From contig OY970399.1 of NCBI GenBank assembly GCA_963720545.1, positions 2,592,001 to 2,656,000 on the forward strand: DNA of 64,000 nucleotides, read 5' to 3'. Under the pieces are notes generated by a model. The model was not told the DNA's origin and did no database searches. It saw only the letters and a program-made list of their open reading frames with translations. Shown here piece after piece: positions 29,838 through 43,212 of the stretch (within the stretch, counting starts at the first letter, position 1; every line of letters begins with the position of its first letter). Position numbers and translations under genes: made by a program. The DNA is from an uncultured Acidobacteriota bacterium (GTDB taxonomy: Bacteria; Acidobacteriota; Vicinamibacteria; Fen-336).

Positions 29838-31123
29838 TCCGTTGGCCAGGCGCTTCGCTTCCGCATCCGTTTCGATCTGCTGCTACTGTGTCCGGACACA
29901 GTTGGTGGACTGCGTCCGGACGCAGTTGACTATGTGTGTTGGGGATCCCCGTTTTCCCGAGGAGCTCAACGCTTGCGCTCGTCATCGACGGATTGGCAGT
30001 CGTTCGCGTCCAATCCGTCGATTTCCGTTAGTCCGTTCCCCAGGCGCTTGCGTCCGTGGAAGACGAAGGCTAAGGACCAACCGTCCCCGATCTGCTGCTA
30101 CTGCGTCCGGACACAGTAGCGCGAGCTTGGAGGCACGAAGGTCTGAGTAGCCCATGTCGTTGGCCGCGCTGCGAAGGGCCCGCAGGCGACGCTGGAACTC
30201 GTTCCGGAACGAGTTCCACCATCATTCGAGCCGACCGCATCAAGGCTGATGCGTTTTGGTCCTGGGCTTGGTGGACTGCGTCCGGACGCAGTTGACTATG
30301 TGCGTTGAGGGATCCCCGTTTTCCCGAGGAGCTCAACGCTTGCGCTCGTCATCGACGGATTGGCAGTCGTTCGCGTCCAATCCGTCGATTTCCGTTAGTC
30401 CGTTCCCCAGGCGCTTGCGTCCGTGGAAGACGAAGGCTAAGGACCAACCGTCCCCGATCTGCTGCTACTGCGTCCGGACACAGTAGCGCGAGCTTGGAGG
30501 CACGAAGGTCTGAGTAGCCCATGTCGTTGGCCGCGCTGCGAAGGGCCCGCAGGACGCTGGAACTCGTTCCGGAACGAGTTCCACCATCATTCGAGCCGAC
30601 CGCATCAAGCCTGATGCGTTTTGGTCCTGGGCTTGGTGGACTGCGTCTGGACGCAGTTGACTATGTGCGTTGGGGATCGCCGTTTTCCCGAGGAGCTCAA
30701 CGCTTGCGCTGCGACCGAGGGATCCACTGTGTCCGGACACAGCAGCGCGGGCGCGGAAGCCCGCGAACTCCGATACGGCGTTCCAGCGTCGCGGGACTGA
30801 AGGCTTTGTGCGTCTAGCAGTCCATTGACTGCTAGACGGCTGGAAAGTGATGGGATCCCCTCAGGATTTTGGGGAGAGGCCGCGGCGAGCAACTGCGTCC
30901 GGACGCAGTTGACTGTGTGCTTGGTCGGGGGCGGCAAGCGGTGGATCCTGCGCGCCAGCGCAAGCGATGGAAGCGCTCGCTAATTCGGGCTGGAACGTCC
31001 CGCGCGGAGGACCACTCGCCGGCCGCGGTAACAGGAGATCGGAACGGACGCTGACGGCAAGCTCTTAGGAAACGGAGCAAAGGAAATCGACGGATTGGAC
31101 GGGAACGACCGCCAATCCGTCGA

Positions 31124-31124
<1 letters not shown>
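29790..31124. repeat. Nested palindromic foldback/tandem repeat element (REP/BIME- or MITE-like)
   Basis: Imperfect terminal inverted repeats 29790-29886 / 31028-31124; ~366-bp tandem units 29902-30267, 30268-30632 and partial 30633-30710; eight CTGYGTCCGGACRCAG-type palindromes, two TGGAACTCGTTCCGGAACGAGTTCCA palindromes, four ATCGACGGATTGG-N13-CCAATCCGTCGAT hairpins. Confidence 0.9.
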
Positions 31125-33721
<2,597 letters not shown>

Positions 33722-33739
33722 AGTCCTCCGACTCGTCTG

Positions 33740-33793
33740 AATGTAAGTAGTGAGTGAGTTATTGTCAAGTTTATTGAGTGTTAAAAACTTATA
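33740..33793 (-). promoter_or_regulatory. sigma70 promoter of clpB overlapped by two HAIR-like (HspR) operators
   Basis: Minus strand TTGACA(33768-63)-17 bp-TACATT(33745-40); AGTGAGT-N7-TGTCAAG (33749-33769) and ATTGAGT-N7-ACTTATA (33773-33793) resemble CTTGAGT-N7-ACTCAAG. Confidence 0.7.
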
Positions 33794-33835
33794 GGCGGTG
33801 CCTGCGCCGAGCCCGCTAGACTTCCTGCACTCTTC

Positions 33836-36043
33836 ATGGGCGTGGCACTCCCCGCAGCCGTCTTCCTCAGTGGCGCCGCCGCCCTCATCTATCAGGTGTG
33901 CTGGCAGCGGATCCTGGCGCTGCACACCGGCATCGGCCTCTTTTCGGTGGCGCTCATCGTCGGCGCATTCATGGCCGGGCTTGGCCTGGGCAGCCTGATC
34001 GGCGGCGGCCTGAGCGAGCGCTTCGAGCGTCGCCAGGCCCTCCTGGCGTTTGCGGCGCTCGAGCTGCTGATCGGTCTTTTCGGCGCTCTCAGCGTGCGGA
34101 TCTATTACGACTGGCTGTACCTAGGCCACGCCGCGCTCTACGGGCAGAGCTGGCGCGCGGTGCTGTTGCATTTCGCGGCGCTGCTGCCGCCCACCCTGCT
34201 GATGGGGATGAGCCTGCCGTTCCTCACCCGCGCGACCGTGCGCTCGGCGGATACGGCGGCGCGCGCCGTTGCCTGGGTCTACGGCATCAACGTGCTCGGC
34301 GCCGCTTTCGGTTCGGTGGCGGCGCCCTGGTGGTTGATTCGCAGCCACGGGATGCGCACCGCCGTCGCTGTGGCCGCGGTCGCGAACCTTCTGGCCGCGG
34401 CGGCGGCGCTTGCGGCCGCGCGCGCGCCCGCGCGCTCGAGGGCGGTCGAGACGACGGCACCGCTCGTCTCGGGCACCCGCTGGCCGCCGCTGCACTGGAT
34501 GGCCCTCTACGCGCTCAGCGGCTTCGTCGCGCTGTCGCTCGAGATGGTGTGGTTCCGCGTGCTCGACATCGCGGTGCGTGCCACAGCCTTCACCTTCGGC
34601 ACGCTGCTCGCCATCTACCTGCTGGGAAACGCGGCCGGCGCGCTCGGGGCGCGCTTCATGAAGGCCGGCGGCCATGGTCCGCTGGCGCGCTTCATCGCCT
34701 GCCAGTGCGCGCTATTGGCGTTGTCGGCGCTGGCGCTCGCCGCCCTCGTTTACGCGCCGGTCCACTGGCCGCTCGTCTCGTGGCTGGCCGACATCTGGGA
34801 CGGTTCCCGCTCGTTCAACCTGGGCGGCGCGTGGGACGGCGGTTCCGTGTTCCGGCTCTACGTGTTGCTGCCGGCGCTCCTCTTTGGTCTGCCGACGATC
34901 CTCATGGGCGTGTCGATGGCAACCCTGCAGACCGCGGTGCACGACGATCCGCGCACCAGCGGGTTCAAGGTCGGCTGGCTGCAGGCGGCGAACATCGCCG
35001 GCTGTGTCGCCGGTGCGCTGTTCGCGGGCATCGTGCTCCTCAACAGCCTCGGCACCACCGGCACGCTGCGCGTGCTGGTCGCATGCGCATTCGTGTTCCT
35101 GGCGTTCGGCTTCCGGCTGTTGCCCGCCGCGCGCCGCTCTTTCGCCGCGTGGGCCGCCGTGATCGCCGCGGTGCTCATGGTCCTGCCCGGACAGGACCGC
35201 TTCTGGCTGCGCTTCCACGGCGAGATGCCGGGCCGTTCGCTGGTCGAGGAGGATGCGACCGGGGTGGTGGCGCTCACCCCCGGGCGCCACGACACCTGGG
35301 CGATGTGGGTGAGCGGCAAGCATTTCAGCACCTTGCCCTACGGCGGCACGCACACGCTGCTGGGCGCGCTGCCGTCGATGATGCACGCCCGGCCCGAGCG
35401 CATCGCGCTCATCGGCCTCGGCTCCGGCGACACCGCCTGGGCGTCGGGCAGCCGCAGCAACGTGACCCGCGAGATTCGCGTCTTCGAGATTTCGGCGCCG
35501 CAGAAGGCGATTCTCGACCGGCTGCGAGCGCAACGGCTGGCGCCGCGGGCGCTCGAGCAGTTCCTGGCCGACCCGCGGGTGAGCCTGCGAGTCGCCGACG
35601 GCCGCAATGCCATCGAACAGTCGAACGAGCTCTACGACGTCATCGAGATGGACCCGCTGCGCCCGTCCAACGCCTATTCGGGCAACCTCTACTCGCGCGA
35701 GTTCTTCGCGCTCTGCGCCCGCAAGCTCCGGCCGGGCGGGTTCATGTGCACCTGGGCGCCGTCGCCGCGGGTGCGCGCCACCTTCCGCAGCGTGTTCCCT
35801 TACGTCGTCGACTTCCAGAACAGCACCATCCTCGTCGGCAGCCTCGATCCGTTTCCGCTCGACGTCGCCGCCTGGCAGGCGCGGCTCCTGGAAGGAGGGG
35901 TGAGCGGCTATTTCGGCGAGCAGCGCACCGCCGAAGTGCGCGCCGCGCTAGCCACGGCGCAGGTCGTGCCGTTCCAAGGCGCCGCCGCACGCGAGATCAA
36001 CGTCGACCTCTTCCCACGCGACGAGTTCAACACGCAGGAGTAG
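33836..36043 (+). CDS. Fused MFS-like membrane domain / spermidine synthase-like methyltransferase
   Basis: [14 protein letters not shown] and [10 protein letters not shown] membrane repeats; C-terminal [28 protein letters not shown]. Confidence 0.88.
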   Translation: MGVALPAAVFLSGAAALIYQVCWQRILALHTGIGLFSVALIVGAFMAGLGLGSLIGGGLSERFERRQALLAFAALELLIGLFGALSVRIYYDWLYLGHAALYGQSWRAVLLHFAALLPPTLLMGMSLPFLTRATVRSADTAARAVAWVYGINVLGAAFGSVAAPWWLIRSHGMRTAVAVAAVANLLAAAAALAAARAPARSRAVETTAPLVSGTRWPPLHWMALYALSGFVALSLEMVWFRVLDIAVRATAFTFGTLLAIYLLGNAAGALGARFMKAGGHGPLARFIACQCALLALSALALAALVYAPVHWPLVSWLADIWDGSRSFNLGGAWDGGSVFRLYVLLPALLFGLPTILMGVSMATLQTAVHDDPRTSGFKVGWLQAANIAGCVAGALFAGIVLLNSLGTTGTLRVLVACAFVFLAFGFRLLPAARRSFAAWAAVIAAVLMVLPGQDRFWLRFHGEMPGRSLVEEDATGVVALTPGRHDTWAMWVSGKHFSTLPYGGTHTLLGALPSMMHARPERIALIGLGSGDTAWASGSRSNVTREIRVFEISAPQKAILDRLRAQRLAPRALEQFLADPRVSLRVADGRNAIEQSNELYDVIEMDPLRPSNAYSGNLYSREFFALCARKLRPGGFMCTWAPSPRVRATFRSVFPYVVDFQNSTILVGSLDPFPLDVAAWQARLLEGGVSGYFGEQRTAEVRAALATAQVVPFQGAAAREINVDLFPRDEFNTQE

Positions 36044-36053
36044 CCTCGCGCGC

Positions 36054-36314
36054 ATGGATCCGGGCGCCGTCGTCGAAACGTTCGGAACGGCGGTCGAAGC
36101 GCAGCTGTGCCGCGCCGCGCTGGAGGCCGCCGGCATCGAGGCGTGGGTGATGGGCGAGAACCTCGCCGGCGCCCATCCGGCGCTGGGCATGGCGATCGGC
36201 GTGCGGGTGCTGGTGGCGCCCGCGGACGAGGCGGCCGCGCGTGCCGTCATCGCCTCCCTGCAGGGCGGCGCCGCGCGCCAGGACCACAAGGACGACGGGC
36301 CCGACGCCGCCTGA
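36054..36314 (+). CDS. DUF2007 (putative signal-transducing) protein
   Basis: EAQLCRAALEAAGIEA...VRVLVAPADEAAARAV. Confidence 0.8.
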   Translation: MDPGAVVETFGTAVEAQLCRAALEAAGIEAWVMGENLAGAHPALGMAIGVRVLVAPADEAAARAVIASLQGGAARQDHKDDGPDAA

Positions 36315-36353
36315 GGCGGCCGCAACATTCGTTGTACGATTGACGGACCTTCC

Positions 36354-37550
36354 ATGACCTCCCGCTCCAGACTTTTTCGATACGCTGGGTGCGCCCTTGC
36401 GCTTGCCGGGCTTTGGGGTTGCGGCCGGTCGAAGGCGAGCGACAACGGGCCCAAGCCGATCCGCGCGCGCGTGGTTGCGGTCAAGACCCGCGAGGTGCAG
36501 CGCACCGTCCAGTCGGTCGGCTCGTGCCACGCCTTCGAGGAGGTCACGATCGGCTCGGAGGTGGACGGCCGCGTGCAGCAGGTGTTCGTCGACATCGGCG
36601 ACAAGGTGGACCAGGGCCGGGCGCTGGCGCGCATCGTGCCCCTCGAGCTGAGCCTCGACGTCGACGAGCAGCGCGCCTCGCTGAAGCAGATCGAGTCGCG
36701 CCTCACCGCCCCCGACGGCGCTCCGATCGCAAACCCCGGCGAAGCGGCCGAGGTGCGCAAGGCCGACGCGGATCGCGCCGACGCCCGGCAGAAATACGAC
36801 CGCGCCAAGGAGCTGATGGCCGAGGGCCTGATCTCGAAGAGCACCTTCGAGGAGGTCGAGTCGCGCCATAACTCGACGCGCGCCGCCTACGACATGGCGC
36901 TGCAGAACGTCCGCAACCTGCAGGCGCAGGCGGCGCAGCGCAGCGCGTCCCTGGCGCGGGCCGGCAAGAAGCTGGGCGACGCCACCATTCGCGCGCCGTT
37001 TAGCGGCGAGATCCGCCAGCGGCTGGTGAGCCCGGGGCAGTACGTCAAGATCCAGACGCCGGTGATGGTGCTGGTGGACGCCGACCCGATCCGCGTGCGC
37101 CTCAACGTCCCTGAAAAAGTCGCCGGCTGGATCGCGATCGGCCAGGCCGTAAAGGTGCAGGTGGAGGCCTATCCGGGCCGCGAGTTCGCCGGCAAGGTGT
37201 CGCGCATGAGCCCGTCCGTGGACATGCAGACGCGCACCCTCGAGGTGGAGGCGCTGCTCGACAACAAGGACGGCTTGCTGAAGCCGGGCTTCTTCGCGCG
37301 CGCCGAGATCGTCTCGAACCACGTGGACCGCGCGCTGGTGGTGCCGCAGGAGGCGCTGCGCTACCTGTACGGCGTCTACAAGATCTACCGTGTCGAGAAC
37401 AAGACCCTGCACGAGACCGAGGTGACGCTCGGCTCGCGTGAGGGCAGCGAGGTCGAGATCGAGAGCGGCCTCGACGCCGCCGCGCGCGTGGCCGTGCCGC
37501 TCGACGGCGGCGCGCTGAAAGACGGCGCGCCGGTGGCCGAGGAGCGTTAG
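36354..37550 (+). CDS. RND efflux periplasmic adaptor (MFP), lipoprotein
   Basis: Lipobox LWGC; IRAPFSG, PGQYV, TRTLEVEA..LKPGFFA. Confidence 0.92.
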   Translation: MTSRSRLFRYAGCALALAGLWGCGRSKASDNGPKPIRARVVAVKTREVQRTVQSVGSCHAFEEVTIGSEVDGRVQQVFVDIGDKVDQGRALARIVPLELSLDVDEQRASLKQIESRLTAPDGAPIANPGEAAEVRKADADRADARQKYDRAKELMAEGLISKSTFEEVESRHNSTRAAYDMALQNVRNLQAQAAQRSASLARAGKKLGDATIRAPFSGEIRQRLVSPGQYVKIQTPVMVLVDADPIRVRLNVPEKVAGWIAIGQAVKVQVEAYPGREFAGKVSRMSPSVDMQTRTLEVEALLDNKDGLLKPGFFARAEIVSNHVDRALVVPQEALRYLYGVYKIYRVENKTLHETEVTLGSREGSEVEIESGLDAAARVAVPLDGGALKDGAPVAEER

Positions 37551-37557
37551 CGCGCCC

Positions 37558-40500
37558 ATGAGCCTCGCGGAGGTCTGCGTCAAGCGCGGCGTGTTCGCCG
37601 TGATGCTGATCGCCTTCCTGTCGGTGCTGGGGGCGTTCTCGTTCCGCGACCTCGGTGTCGATCTCTTCCCGCGCGCCGATCCCGCCACCGTCAACGTCAC
37701 CATCAACCTGCCGGGCGCGACCCCGGAAGAGATGGCGACCACGGTGGTGCTGCCGCTCGAGGAGGTGCTGTCGAGCGTCAGCGGCATGGACGAGCTCAGC
37801 TCCATGACCACCGAAGGCTCGGCGCGGATCACCGCCAAGTTCGTGCTCGAGCGCGACATCGAAAGCGCCGCACAGGACGTGCGCGAGAAGGTCTCGGGCG
37901 CCTTGCGCGACCTGCCGCCCAACATCCTCTCGCCGGTCATCCAGAAGGCCGACCCCGACGCCGATCCGGTGCTGTCGGTGGTGGTGTCCGGCGACCGCAA
38001 CCTGCGCGAGACGACCGAGATCGCCGACAAGCAGATCAAGCGCGTGCTCGAGACCGTGGACGGTGTCGGCGAGGTGAGCCTGACCGGCGCACGCCTGCGG
38101 CAGATTCGCGTGTTCGCCGACGCCGACAAGCTGGCGGCCTACGGCCTCACCATCGTGGACGTCGCCGACGCGGTGCGCGCCGAGAACGTCGAGGTGCCGA
38201 GCGGCACCATCGTGCGCGGCAACTCCGAGCTCGGCATCCGCACCCTGGGCCGGCTCGACGCCGTGTCGCAGTTCGGCGACGTCATCGTCAAGAACGTCGC
38301 CGGCACACCGGTGCGGGTGCGCGACGTCGGCTACGTCGCCGACAGCTTCGCCGAGCCGCGCTCGTGGAACATGCTCGAGGGCAAGGAAGCGGTCACCCTC
38401 GACATCCGCCGCCAGTCGGGCACCAACACCGTCGAGATCATCGACGCGGTCAAGAAGAAGATCGCCGCCCTGCAGCCGAACCTGCCGACCGGCATTTCGC
38501 TGCGCACCATCCGCGACCAGTCGATCTTCATCAACGCCTCGATCGAGTCGCTGCAGGAGCACCTGCTGCTCGGCAGCATCCTCGCGAGCCTGGTGGTGCT
38601 GCTCTTCATCCGCAGCTGGCGCTCGGTGGTGATCGCCTCGGTCGCCATTCCCACCTCGATCATCGCCACCTTCACGCTGCTGAAGCTGATGAATTTCACG
38701 CTCAACAACATGACGCTCCTGGCACTGACGCTGGCGGTCGGCATCGTCATCGACGACGCCATCGTGGTGCTCGAGAACATCGTGCGCTTCATCGAGGAGA
38801 AGAAGTACGAGCCGCGGCTCGCCGCCATCGAGGCGACGAAGGAAATAACGCTCGCGGTGCTCGCCACCACCTTGTCGCTGGTCATCATCTTCCTGCCGAT
38901 CGCCTTCATGAGCGGTTACGCGCGCCGCTACGTCAACGAGTTCGGCTGGACCATGGCGTTCGCCATCCTGGTGTCGATGCTGGTGAGCTTCACGCTCACG
39001 CCGATGCTCAGCTCACGCTTGCTGCGCGCCTCCGAAGGCAGCCGCGGCAGCCACGGCTCGAAGGACTGGAAGTTCTTCACCTGGATCGACGGCAAGTACG
39101 GCACGGTGCTGCGCTGGTCGCTCGACCACCGCACGCTGGTGCTCGCGATGGTGGCGGTGGTGTTCGTGCTGACCATTCCCCTGAACGCCCTCGTCGGCCG
39201 CGACTGGATCCCGCCCGATGACGAAGGCGAGCTGACCGCATCGCTGAACCTGCCGGAAGGCACGTCGCTCGCGGTCTCCTCGAAGGTGGTGCGGGAGCTG
39301 GGAGAACGCATCGCCGCCATGCCCGGGGTCTCGTTCGTGAACCCCTACGTGCACGAGGGGATCATGAGCCACATGCACCTCTACGTGAAGCTCGTGGACC
39401 GCGCCGAGCGCAAGTTCTCGAACCTCAAGGCTGCGCAGGACATGCGCGACCTGTTCGCGACCGTGCCGAACCTGCGCTACAAGGTCATCATCCCGTCGGC
39501 GCTCGGCGGCGGCGAGCTGTGGTTCCCGATCCGCGCCCTGATCCTCGGCCCCGATCTCGAGACGGTCGCCGGCATCGCCAAGCGCGCCTCCGACCGCATC
39601 GTCAAGATCAACGGGCTCACCGACGTCGACACCACGGTGAGCATCAACAGCCCGGAGCTCGAGGTGCAGATCGACCGCCAGCGCGCCTCCGACCTCGGCG
39701 TGCGCGCCGCCGACCTCGGCAACGCGCTGCGGCTGATGATCGCGGGCGAGGACCAGATCACGACCTACAAGGAGGGCGACGAGCAGTACGACGTCACCCT
39801 GCAGCTCATCCCCGAGCAGCAGAAGAACCCGGAGACGCTGGGCCGGCTGATGATCCCGTCGAGCAAGAACGGCATGGTGCGCCTCGACAACGTCGCGAGC
39901 GTGCAGCGGGGCCTGGGCCCGGCGCGCATCGAGCGCTTCAACCGCCAGTTCCAGGTGACGATCTTCGCCAACAACCTGCCCGAGCTGCCGCTCGACTCGG
40001 CCGCGCGGCAGACGAGCCAGGCGATCCGCGACGTCGGCCTGCCACCCGGCTACTCGTTCCGCTTCATCGGCTCGGTGAAGATCCTCGACGAGACCACCAC
40101 CAACCTGATCCTCGCGTTCCTGCTGGCTTCGATCTTCATGTACATGGTGCTGGCGGCGCAGTTCGACAGCTTCGTGCACCCGTTCACCATCATGCTGAGC
40201 CTGCCGCTGTCGATCCCGTTCGCGCTCTTCTCGCTCTGGGTCACCGGCCGCACCCTCAACCTGTGGAGCTCGCTCGGCGTGCTGCTGCTGCTCGGCATCG
40301 TCAAGAAGAACGGCATCCTGCAGGTCGACTACATGAACAAGCTGCGCGCCGAGGGCGTGCCGCTGCGCGAGGCGGTGCTGCAGGCGAACCACGTGCGGCT
40401 GCGCCCGATCCTGATGACCACGTTCTCGATCGTCGCCGGCCTGATCCCGACCGCCATCGGCTACGGCGCCGGCGCCGCGCAGCGCTCGGCGGTGGCGGTG

Positions 40501-40659
40501 ACCATCATCGGCGGCCAGATGCTGTGCCTGCTGCCGACGCTGGTGGTGACGCCGGTCGCCTACATGGTGTTCGCGGAGATGGAGCAGCGCGGCTTCAAGG
40601 CGAGCCTGCGGTCGGCGTGGGCCCGCATGGGAGCAAGGCTCGGCCGCACGGCGTCGTAG
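37558..40659 (+). CDS. RND efflux permease (AcrB/MdtBC-like)
   Basis: 1033 aa; VIDDAIVVLENI, VKKNGIL, RLRPILMTT proton-relay motifs. Confidence 0.95.
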   Translation: MSLAEVCVKRGVFAVMLIAFLSVLGAFSFRDLGVDLFPRADPATVNVTINLPGATPEEMATTVVLPLEEVLSSVSGMDELSSMTTEGSARITAKFVLERDIESAAQDVREKVSGALRDLPPNILSPVIQKADPDADPVLSVVVSGDRNLRETTEIADKQIKRVLETVDGVGEVSLTGARLRQIRVFADADKLAAYGLTIVDVADAVRAENVEVPSGTIVRGNSELGIRTLGRLDAVSQFGDVIVKNVAGTPVRVRDVGYVADSFAEPRSWNMLEGKEAVTLDIRRQSGTNTVEIIDAVKKKIAALQPNLPTGISLRTIRDQSIFINASIESLQEHLLLGSILASLVVLLFIRSWRSVVIASVAIPTSIIATFTLLKLMNFTLNNMTLLALTLAVGIVIDDAIVVLENIVRFIEEKKYEPRLAAIEATKEITLAVLATTLSLVIIFLPIAFMSGYARRYVNEFGWTMAFAILVSMLVSFTLTPMLSSRLLRASEGSRGSHGSKDWKFFTWIDGKYGTVLRWSLDHRTLVLAMVAVVFVLTIPLNALVGRDWIPPDDEGELTASLNLPEGTSLAVSSKVVRELGERIAAMPGVSFVNPYVHEGIMSHMHLYVKLVDRAERKFSNLKAAQDMRDLFATVPNLRYKVIIPSALGGGELWFPIRALILGPDLETVAGIAKRASDRIVKINGLTDVDTTVSINSPELEVQIDRQRASDLGVRAADLGNALRLMIAGEDQITTYKEGDEQYDVTLQLIPEQQKNPETLGRLMIPSSKNGMVRLDNVASVQRGLGPARIERFNRQFQVTIFANNLPELPLDSAARQTSQAIRDVGLPPGYSFRFIGSVKILDETTTNLILAFLLASIFMYMVLAAQFDSFVHPFTIMLSLPLSIPFALFSLWVTGRTLNLWSSLGVLLLLGIVKKNGILQVDYMNKLRAEGVPLREAVLQANHVRLRPILMTTFSIVAGLIPTAIGYGAGAAQRSAVAVTIIGGQMLCLLPTLVVTPVAYMVFAEMEQRGFKASLRSAWARMGARLGRTAS

Positions 40660-40681
40660 CGTTCCGGATCGCCCTCGGCGC

Positions 40682-41338
40682 ATGCATACGAAACCAAAGA
40701 CCGACAACCAGCGCACAGTTGCTGGTTACGAGGCGTATGCAACGAAGTACGCGCGACGCGTGTCGCGGCGCCCGACTGGCCTGGGCAAGCAGGCGCTCGA
40801 CCGACTGGCCACGCTGGCTGGCCCAGGCGGCAGGGTCCTCGAGATCGGCTCGGGCCCGGGTTGGGACGCCGACTACCTGGAGTCGCGGGGCCTGCGGGTG
40901 CGGCGAACCGACGTCAGCAAAGCGTTCCGCGACCTGCAGAGACAGCGCGGCAAGCGGGTGGGTGCGCTCGATCTTCTGAGAAATGACCTCGGTGGTGGCT
41001 ACCAAGGTGTGGTCGCGCTGTACGTGCTGCAGCACGTCGGCCGCTCCTACATCCCCCGCGTGCTGCGCAAGATCGTTCGCGCGCTTGCTCCCGGTGGCGG
41101 TTTCCTGGTTTCTATCCAGGAGGGCTCGGGCGAGTCCTGGGAATACGGCGAATCCGGCGACTACCACGTCGTCCGCTGGACGCGCGCCGAGTTCACCGCT
41201 CGGCTGGCAGCTGTGGGCCTCGCCGTTTCGTGGTGGCGCCGCCTGACCAGGGAACGGCGCTGGCTGATCTTTCTGGCAACCAGGCCCGAAAAACCCTCGT
41301 CTCAGTCCAGCCGGCGCAGCACGAAGCACTTCAGGTAG
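40682..41338 (+). CDS. Class I SAM-dependent methyltransferase
   Basis: VLEIGSGPGWDA; LAPGGGFLVS. Confidence 0.85.
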   Translation: MHTKPKTDNQRTVAGYEAYATKYARRVSRRPTGLGKQALDRLATLAGPGGRVLEIGSGPGWDADYLESRGLRVRRTDVSKAFRDLQRQRGKRVGALDLLRNDLGGGYQGVVALYVLQHVGRSYIPRVLRKIVRALAPGGGFLVSIQEGSGESWEYGESGDYHVVRWTRAEFTARLAAVGLAVSWWRRLTRERRWLIFLATRPEKPSSQSSRRSTKHFR

Positions 41339-42492
41339 TACGTCTCCGGCGCGCTCAGCAGCACCGGATGATCGCGTCCCTGCCGGCGCTTCTCCACGAT
41401 GGTGGCGCGCACGCCCGCGTCGGCGGCCGCTTCCGAAAGGATCTGTTCCAGCTCGCCTTCGTGGATGTGGTACGAGCACGAGCAGGTGATGAGGTGGCCG
41501 CCGGTCGTCAGCAGTTTCAGGGCGCGCAGGTTGATTTCCTTGTACCCGCGCCAGGCGTTGGGGATGGCCGAGCGGCTCTTGGCGAACGCCGGCGGGTCGA
41601 GGACCACCAGGTCGAAGCGTTCGCCCGCGCGCTCCAGGTCGTGCAGCACGTCGAAGCAGTTGGCGTCGCGGGTCTCGATGTTGGCGATGCCGTTGCGCGC
41701 GGCGTTCTTCTGCACCCGCTGCAAAGCCTCCGCTGAAAGATCCACGGCGAGCACCGAGTCGGCGGCACGCGCCGCCTGCAGCGCGAAGCCGCCGTTGTAG
41801 GTGAAGGCGTCGAGCACCCGCCCGCGCGCATAGCCGCGCGCCGCGACGTGGTTCTCGCGCTGGTCGAGGAAGAGACCCGTCTTTTGCCCTTTCCACAGGT
41901 CGACCTCGAGCCGCACGTCGCCCTCCTCGACGATGACCTCTTCGGGAACCTCGCCGTGCAGGCAGGTGACGAGCGAGGGCAGCGACTCGAGCCGGCGCAC
42001 CTTCGGGTCGTTGCGCTCGAGTATTCCCTTTGGTGACAAGCGCGCAGCCAGGTGCGCAACGATCTCGTCCTTGCGCGACTCCATGCCCTGGGAGAGTGTC
42101 TGGATGACGAGGTACTCGCCATAGCGGTCGACGACCAGCGACGGCAGCAGGTCGCCCTCGCCGTGCACCAGCCGGCAGGCACCGGCCCCGGCCGCGACCG
42201 AGGCCCGAAAGTCGATCGCGGCGTCGAGCCGCTCGGCAAGCCAGTGCGGCGACAGCGTCTCGCCCCACGCGATCATCCGCAGCCTGATCTCGGAACGCGG
42301 TGAGTAGAGCGCGAAGCCCACGGCCTGGCCGGTCGACGCGTGCACCACCACGATCGCACCCGGTTCGAGCGCGCCGCTCTCGATGACGTCGGAGGCGTAG
42401 ACCCACGGGTGGCCGCGCCGCACGCGCGCGTCGCCCCGCCGCGACAGCGAAACGGAGCCCGTTGCTAAGGCGGAGGGCGCAGCGGGAGGCAT
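41302..42492 (-). CDS. rlmI: 23S rRNA m5C1962 methyltransferase-like (RlmI family)
   Basis: PUA domain GHPWVY, GQKTGLFLDQREN, FDLVVLDPPAF, TCSCS, ETYYLK. Confidence 0.88.
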   Translation of the reverse strand: MPPAAPSALATGSVSLSRRGDARVRRGHPWVYASDVIESGALEPGAIVVVHASTGQAVGFALYSPRSEIRLRMIAWGETLSPHWLAERLDAAIDFRASVAAGAGACRLVHGEGDLLPSLVVDRYGEYLVIQTLSQGMESRKDEIVAHLAARLSPKGILERNDPKVRRLESLPSLVTCLHGEVPEEVIVEEGDVRLEVDLWKGQKTGLFLDQRENHVAARGYARGRVLDAFTYNGGFALQAARAADSVLAVDLSAEALQRVQKNAARNGIANIETRDANCFDVLHDLERAGERFDLVVLDPPAFAKSRSAIPNAWRGYKEINLRALKLLTTGGHLITCSCSYHIHEGELEQILSEAAADAGVRATIVEKRRQGRDHPVLLSAPETYYLKCFVLRRLD

Positions 42493-42532
42493 GGGGAGGA
42501 GATTGTAGTGGATCTGCTAGGCTGCTTTCGAA

Positions 42533-42715
42533 ATGGAAGCGCGTGCCGCGAACGCCGAGCGTATGACGCCGGATATCGACGAGAACGGCGTGGATCGTGC
42601 CCAAATCAGGGAAATGCTCGCGCTTTCGCCCGAAGAACGGTTGCGAAAAGCCACGGAGTTCATCGAAGCCGTGCTGGAGATTCGGGACCTGAATGAGGCG
42701 CGCCCGGTTCGCTGA
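42533..42715 (+). CDS. Small hypothetical protein, putative antitoxin/partner
   Basis: 60 aa, 'GVDRAQIREMLALSPEERLR'; overlaps the nucleotidyltransferase gene. Confidence 0.6.
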   Translation: MEARAANAERMTPDIDENGVDRAQIREMLALSPEERLRKATEFIEAVLEIRDLNEARPVR

Positions 42716-43187
42716 ACTTCTCCAGCTCCTCGCTGGCAATCAGGTCGAGTTCATCGTGGTTGGCATGACCGCGGGAGTCTTGCAGGGAGCCCCGCTGACG
42801 ACGATCGATCTCGATATCGTTCACCGCAGGACGACCGAGAACGTCGCGCGCCTGTGCGACGTCCTCACGACCCTGGACGCGGTCTACCGCCACGACCCGC
42901 GTGCCCTGCGGCCACAGGCATCGCATCTCGCCGGACCAGGACACCAGTTGCTTGCAACGAATCATGGCGACCTGGACTGTTTGGGTGCCATAGACGACGA
43001 TGCGGCCGGCTACGAGCAGCTGCTGCCGCGCACTATTGAAATGTCCCTAGCGAGTGGCCTCCCGATCCGGGTCTTGAGCCTGGCTGCCCTTATTGAGGCC
43101 AAGGCAAGGGCTGGACGGCCGAAGGATCTGGCGGCGCTGCCTGCTCTGCGCGCCACCCTCGCCGAGGTGGAGAGCCGCTCTAAGTAA
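42693..43187 (+). CDS. Nucleotidyltransferase-fold protein (AbiEii/DUF6036-like)
   Basis: [11 protein letters not shown]...TIDLDI (G..A/DxD) and K.RAGRPKDL motifs. Confidence 0.75.
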   Translation: MRRARFAELLQLLAGNQVEFIVVGMTAGVLQGAPLTTIDLDIVHRRTTENVARLCDVLTTLDAVYRHDPRALRPQASHLAGPGHQLLATNHGDLDCLGAIDDDAAGYEQLLPRTIEMSLASGLPIRVLSLAALIEAKARAGRPKDLAALPALRATLAEVESRSK

Positions 43188-43212
43188 GAGCGCAGACGAT
43201 AAGATTCCTCCC

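Noticed and set aside
29885..30910. CRISPR array interpretation of the recurring palindromes
   Set aside because: Spacing is irregular, the intervening sequences are themselves repeated rather than unique, and no cas genes are present.
29934..31080. Short ORFs within the repeat region (e.g. repeated CVRTQ peptides)
   Set aside because: Translation by-products of the palindromic repeats, with no RBS or coding-like bias and frames broken between units.
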